Below the pieces are notes generated by a model. The model searched no databases. It saw only the letters and a program-made list of their open reading frames with translations, and was not told where the DNA came from. A stretch of 64,000 bases of DNA from an uncultured bacterium (lineage in GTDB: Bacteria > Actinomycetota > Acidimicrobiia > Spongiisociales > UBA5794): positions 128,001 through 192,000 of the forward strand of contig CAWDDT010000004.1 in NCBI GenBank assembly GCA_963801165.1. The letters run 5' to 3'. The translations under genes were made by a program, and so were the position numbers. This document shows positions 59,661-64,000 of the stretch, piece by piece. Positions within the stretch are counted from its first letter, which is position 1. Each line of letters starts with the position of its first letter.

Positions 59661-60251
59661 ATGCCGCGTATCGAAGCCCCCACAGTTGTCGAGCACCATG
59701 CCGCCCGGGCGGCTGAATTGTCGCGCCTTGCCGTCGAGATTGTCGAGACCGATGGTGCGGCCGCGCTTACCCTCGCGGAACTTGCCAGGCGGGCCGGGCT
59801 GTCGCGGCCCTCGCTATACAGCTACTTCCAGTCGCGGGATGACCTGATGACAACGATCTGTGAGCAGGCGGTGACGGTGTGGGCAGAAGAGGTCATCGCC
59901 AGCATGGAGGTGGAGACCGACCCGCTCTTGCGGTTGCGAGCCTTTGTCACTGCTCAACTGGAAGCAGCGGCGGAGAGCAAGCACCAGGCGGCGTTTGCTC
60001 TGCTGGAGTCTGGTCTGAGCCCCGAAGGGCACGAGCGGGTGATGGCCGCCCACGCCCCGCTGCAGGCGGCCCTGCGCCAGGCGGTAGAACAGATCGGGCT
60101 CGAAGCGGCTGCGGCGGTGGTTCCGATGGTGCAGGCCGTGGTTTCGTCGGCGTACGGCCAGATCCGGGCCGGAGCCGATGCCGATCAGGTGATGCGGGGG
60201 GCCAGCCTCTTCATCGAAGGTGGGCTGGGGGCTCTTATCGACCCGGGCTGA
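59661..60251 (+). CDS. TetR family regulator
   Basis: LTLAELARRAGLSRPSLYSYFQSRDDL. Confidence 0.92.
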   Translation: MPRIEAPTVVEHHAARAAELSRLAVEIVETDGAAALTLAELARRAGLSRPSLYSYFQSRDDLMTTICEQAVTVWAEEVIASMEVETDPLLRLRAFVTAQLEAAAESKHQAAFALLESGLSPEGHERVMAAHAPLQAALRQAVEQIGLEAAAAVVPMVQAVVSSAYGQIRAGADADQVMRGASLFIEGGLGALIDPG

Positions 60252-60266
60252 CCCCGCATATCAGTG

Positions 60267-60316
60267 CCCCCGCTTGCGGGGGAACTGTACCGCCGCCAAA
60301 GGCGGGGGTAAGGGGG
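60267..60316. repeat. REP-like palindromic element
   Basis: CCCCCGCTTGCGGGGG..CGCC-GCCAAA-GGCG..AGGGGG. Confidence 0.5.
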
Positions 60317-60374
60317 CTGCCGGCGGAGTTGGCGGTATTGAGGCGAGATGTCCGCGCTTCGCCGACATGACATA

Positions 60375-60412
60375 ACGAAGGCCGGCCCTCCGTGGGCCGG
60401 CCTTCGTCGTTT
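60375..60412. terminator. Terminator between convergent genes
   Basis: ACGAAGGCCGGCCC/GGGCCGGCCTTCGT followed by CGTTT. Confidence 0.75.
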
Positions 60413-60430
60413 TGTGGTTGAGTGTTGTCT

Positions 60431-62224
60431 TCAGCTACCGATGCCGAGCGCCCTGGCCAGGAATGTGGCCATCTGCGCACGGGTGACCGGATCGTCCGGG
60501 CTGTAGGTGCCAGGGCCGGTCCCGACGGTGATGCCGGCTGCGGCGATAGCGTTGATGTCGCCTTCGAAGATCGACGAGTCGTCGTCACCGAAAGCGTCGA
60601 CGCTGCTACTCGAGACGTCGAAAGTACGCTTCAAGAACGCGGCCATCTCTCCCCGGGTGACAGGATCATCCGGGCTGAATGTGGTTGCGCTCGTCCCCAC
60701 CGTGATCCCGACTGCGGCGATAGCGTTGATGTCGCCTTCGAAGATCGACGTGTCGTCATCTCCAAAGAAATCGGTGCTGGTCGCAGGCAGGTTGAGAGCC
60801 CGGTTGAGGAAGGCAGCCATCTGGCCTCTTGTAATCGGGTTGTTGGGGCTGAACGTGTCTGGCCCGGTGCCCTTGGTGATCCCCAGCGAGGCAATCAGGT
60901 CGATGTTGCCCTGGTGGACGCTGGCGTTGTCATCGTCGAACCAGCCGTCGGGGCCGAGATTCGGAATCGCCTGGACGAGAAGTCCGAAGGTGCCGCCGGC
61001 GAGGTCACCGATGGCGTAGACGATCGTGCTTTGGCCCTCGGGGAGGGTCACATCACCTGCGTCGAATGCGACGGTGTCGGTGCCGGCTGCGTTGATGGTG
61101 ACGCCATAGGTGCCTGCGGCTACATCGAGTTGGCCTTCCATGGGGTTGGTGACGTTCTCGAATAGCGGGAGGGAGCCGTTGGCGATGATGTCAACGGCAG
61201 GGGCATCGGCAAGGTGGCGAACCACGAGCCGTGCCTCGCCGGCCGCGATCTTGCTGACGTCATTGACGAACACTCCGAGAGTGGGTGTACCCACGTCGTT
61301 GAGATGCGCAACGATGGACGCGTTGGCTCCCGCGGGCAGCGTTGCTGCTCCCACAATGGCAGGTGCGGTCGTCAGCGGGTCAGCGCCTTCGGGATAGATG
61401 GCAATCGTGTAGTCGGTGGCGGGCAGAATGATCGGGCCCAGCACGGTGCCAGGCTCGAAGCCCGGGATTGTCAGATTGCCGTTCAGGTACACGTCCACAG
61501 TGAGTCCGGGGACCCCGTGTACGACTGTTGCGATGCCGTTGGCTCCGGTGTCGGGGAGGTCGATCATCTGGACGAGAAGTCCGAGGGTGCCGCCGGCGAG
61601 GTCACCGATGGCGTAGACGATCGTGCTTTGGCCCTCGGGGAGGGTCACATCACCTGCGTCGAATGCGACGGTGTCGGTGCCGGCTGCGTTGATGGTGACG
61701 CCATAGGTGCCTGCGGCTACATCGAGTTGGCCTTCCATGGGGTTGGTGACGTTCTCGAATAGCGGGAGGGAGCCGTTGGCGATGATGTCAACGGCAGGGG
61801 CATCGGCAAGGTGGCGAACCACGAGCCGGCCGTTGTTGGGATCGGTCTGAGTCGTGTCGTTCAGGAATGCCGAGAGTGCAAGACCTCCGCCTTCGGTCAA
61901 ATGGGCGACGGCCGAGACGTTTCCACCGGGCGGCAGATACAACTCAGCGGACAGCACCGGTGCTGCGACCAAAGCTGGTCCCTCACCGGTGAGGTAGATG
62001 TCGACCTGGTGCGACCCTGATGGCAATGCAATCGGGTCGGTGACTGTGTTCGGCGCAAAACCCGGGAGCGCGTTGGCGCCATCCACGTAGACATCGACTG
62101 TGACCCCGGGTATTCCGTGAACCACGGTCAGTTCGGCCGACGTCTCCTCCGCAACGGCGGGGGCGACGGCGAGCAACGACGCAATCATGATTGCGGCGAG
62201 CACGAATATCGAGCGTTTTCTCAT
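60431..62224 (-). CDS. Secreted DUF4397-repeat protein with C-terminal SLH domains
   Basis: Signal peptide; VVHG.PG.TVDVY and VRHLADAPAVDI repeats; three GIT.G..FSP..TR..MA.FL.R. Confidence 0.88.
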   Translation of the reverse strand: MRKRSIFVLAAIMIASLLAVAPAVAEETSAELTVVHGIPGVTVDVYVDGANALPGFAPNTVTDPIALPSGSHQVDIYLTGEGPALVAAPVLSAELYLPPGGNVSAVAHLTEGGGLALSAFLNDTTQTDPNNGRLVVRHLADAPAVDIIANGSLPLFENVTNPMEGQLDVAAGTYGVTINAAGTDTVAFDAGDVTLPEGQSTIVYAIGDLAGGTLGLLVQMIDLPDTGANGIATVVHGVPGLTVDVYLNGNLTIPGFEPGTVLGPIILPATDYTIAIYPEGADPLTTAPAIVGAATLPAGANASIVAHLNDVGTPTLGVFVNDVSKIAAGEARLVVRHLADAPAVDIIANGSLPLFENVTNPMEGQLDVAAGTYGVTINAAGTDTVAFDAGDVTLPEGQSTIVYAIGDLAGGTFGLLVQAIPNLGPDGWFDDDNASVHQGNIDLIASLGITKGTGPDTFSPNNPITRGQMAAFLNRALNLPATSTDFFGDDDTSIFEGDINAIAAVGITVGTSATTFSPDDPVTRGEMAAFLKRTFDVSSSSVDAFGDDDSSIFEGDINAIAAAGITVGTGPGTYSPDDPVTRAQMATFLARALGIGS

Positions 62225-62368
62225 TGAGTCCCTCCTAATGGGTGCGGACTGATGTCCGCTGTCACCCGTTGTTCGGTGCGACCACCGTCGCCGGATGATT
62301 TACTACTAAAACTGTAGAGTCGACAATCCGTGCGTTGATTCCGCTTTCGGATAAGCTGCGGGCATCTC

Positions 62369-63247
62369 ATGAGTGACCCGAATACCCTCGGCAGCCTTGT
62401 TAGGAAGCGCCGTCTCGAATCTGGATACTCTCTCGGTCAGCTGGCCTCCAAGGTAGGCAAGACGGCCGCTGAGGTGCGCGCCTGGGAGCGCGACTCCGAA
62501 TTGCCCGAACACGGGATCATCGAGCGTCTCGCCTCGACTCTGGAGATCGACCTCGACGAGATCAAAAAGCGTCTCGACGCAGGCAAGAAGGCCTTTGAGG
62601 CCGAGCGCAATGCCGCGCAGCACGCCGCAGCTGAGGAGAATGCGGATCCCGAACAGCCGGAGAAGGTCGCGGAGCCCATCCCGGCTCCGGTCGTGCAGGT
62701 CGAGGGCATCCCCGCAAACTCCGAGCGCGACGAGGATGACGACGAGGAGGACAAGGCGGAGGAGGATCTCCCCGGCTTTGTCGTCGACGACCCTTTCACG
62801 CCACCGCCGGCGCCACCGGTTGAGGAGTTGCCGCCGGAGAGCGATGATCTCCCGTCCGGGTGGGTCGACTCCGACCTGCTCGATGCGCCCACGGAGGCGG
62901 TCCCGGTGCCGATGATCACGGGCACGGCGACCGCCGCCCGGGCCAGCCGTGCCGCGGCCTTCCTCGAGGAGCCACCGCCGCCGCCTTCCGTGGCGTTCGC
63001 ACCATCCGAGGAGGATCAGGGCTTGTTGCGGTACCTCGAGCCGCTGCGGGCGCTCTTCGATCCGCACCAGCGGTACCTCTACTGGATCAGGGCGGGATTG
63101 ACGATCGTGGCGATGCTCGTGTTATTGGTCATCCTGCTCACTGAGCTCGGCAAGCTGCTTGATGCGATCGGTGAATTGATCGACACCATCAAACCGGCGA
63201 CCAATACCGATCAGCTCAACCCGATTGGGCTGATCTGGTTCTTCTAG
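62369..63247 (+). CDS. XRE-HTH + acidic Pro-rich linker + C-terminal TM
   Basis: LGSLVRKRR..SLGQLA..WE..P; DE/P-rich middle; one TM. Confidence 0.75.
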   Translation: MSDPNTLGSLVRKRRLESGYSLGQLASKVGKTAAEVRAWERDSELPEHGIIERLASTLEIDLDEIKKRLDAGKKAFEAERNAAQHAAAEENADPEQPEKVAEPIPAPVVQVEGIPANSERDEDDDEEDKAEEDLPGFVVDDPFTPPPAPPVEELPPESDDLPSGWVDSDLLDAPTEAVPVPMITGTATAARASRAAAFLEEPPPPPSVAFAPSEEDQGLLRYLEPLRALFDPHQRYLYWIRAGLTIVAMLVLLVILLTELGKLLDAIGELIDTIKPATNTDQLNPIGLIWFF

Positions 63248-63966
63248 AGGTACGCCCGCAGTAATAGGCCGGCGGCCGCCACCGATGAGATGGCGAGGAT
63301 CGCGGGTCTGATCCCACGGCTGTCGAGAAGGTGGCGGAGTCGGGAGCTGATCAGATAGCCGGCGACGAGCCCGGGGAGCAGCAAAGCCGTGATGGTCAGG
63401 TCGTCGTGGCTGATTCGATGGGCGCCGATGCGGAACAGGATGGTGACGAGCAGACCACCCGAGAAGAACAGCGACAGGCTCGCCCGGATCGTGGGCCCCT
63501 CCGAGTCCTTGAAGAGGAGCGCCGCCGGAGGCCCGCCCATCGAGGCCACCATGCCCATCACGCCGGCGGCGATACCGGTGCCGAGCTCGGCAGGTGCGTT
63601 GCGAGGGACCTTGAGACCGGTGCCCAGGATTAGGACGGCGACCAGCACGGACAGGGCGATCCCGACGTCGATGCTGCGCTGGGCGGCGAGTCCGAGGATC
63701 CACAGACCGATCAGCGCACCCGGGACCCTCCCCGCCAGCATCCAGCCGACACCCCTGGCGTCGATGGCGTGCCGCTCCCGCCAGGTCATGGCCAGGCTGA
63801 GTGGTGCCGCCAGCAGCAGCTGCGGGACCGGGGCCAGGATCGGGTTGAGCAGAGACAGGATCGGAACCGATACTACGGAGAAGCCAATCCCGACAGTCCC
63901 TTGCACCACCGCGGCAACAAGCGTTACGGCGAGCGCTATCGTCAGCTCAAATGGAGATAGAGGCAT
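63244..63966 (-). CDS. TauE/SafE sulfite exporter family protein
   Basis: VQGTVGIGF..VP, RVPG..IG, MGGPP. Confidence 0.9.
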   Translation of the reverse strand: MPLSPFELTIALAVTLVAAVVQGTVGIGFSVVSVPILSLLNPILAPVPQLLLAAPLSLAMTWRERHAIDARGVGWMLAGRVPGALIGLWILGLAAQRSIDVGIALSVLVAVLILGTGLKVPRNAPAELGTGIAAGVMGMVASMGGPPAALLFKDSEGPTIRASLSLFFSGGLLVTILFRIGAHRISHDDLTITALLLPGLVAGYLISSRLRHLLDSRGIRPAILAISSVAAAGLLLRAYL

Positions 63967-64000
63967 CGGGACTTCACGGGAGCAGAATGCGGAGTATGGC

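Overview
High-GC, actinobacterial-looking chromosome segment. SLH proteins, PIN-PhoH, leaderless genes and MobF/MazEF types suggest Acidimicrobiia, which is inference. Backbone genes in order: a Tad/Flp pilus locus, ABC-2 exporter with TetR, hypFCDE, a hybrid kinase, ctaA/ctaB, an aroF-like/chorismate mutase fusion, tag, gpsA, phoH2, HIT, an OmpR/BaeS-like two-component system, an osmoprotectant ABC importer, MFS, hflX, CBS protein, ferredoxin, tRNA-Sec, an HrtAB-like exporter with TetR, a DUF4397/SLH surface protein and TauE. There are two accessory regions: a patch of small or decayed ORFs (~8.3-13.9 kb) and a ~10.8-kb integrative mobilizable element in tRNA-Sec (66-bp att repeats, tyrosine integrase, MobF relaxase-helicase). 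The most notable observations are: (1) the island cargo is a row of one- or two-gene modules, including three TA systems, separated by up to seven co-oriented degenerate ~50-80-bp repeats with a dif-like/tyrosine-recombinase-like core, suggesting a non-integron cassette array; (2) a DAHP-synthase homologue that has lost most catalytic residues is fused to an apparently intact chorismate mutase and preceded by a Phe/Tyr leader-peptide attenuator. Many genes carry single frameshifts, probably consensus errors. All calls come from reading motifs by eye; no searches were run.
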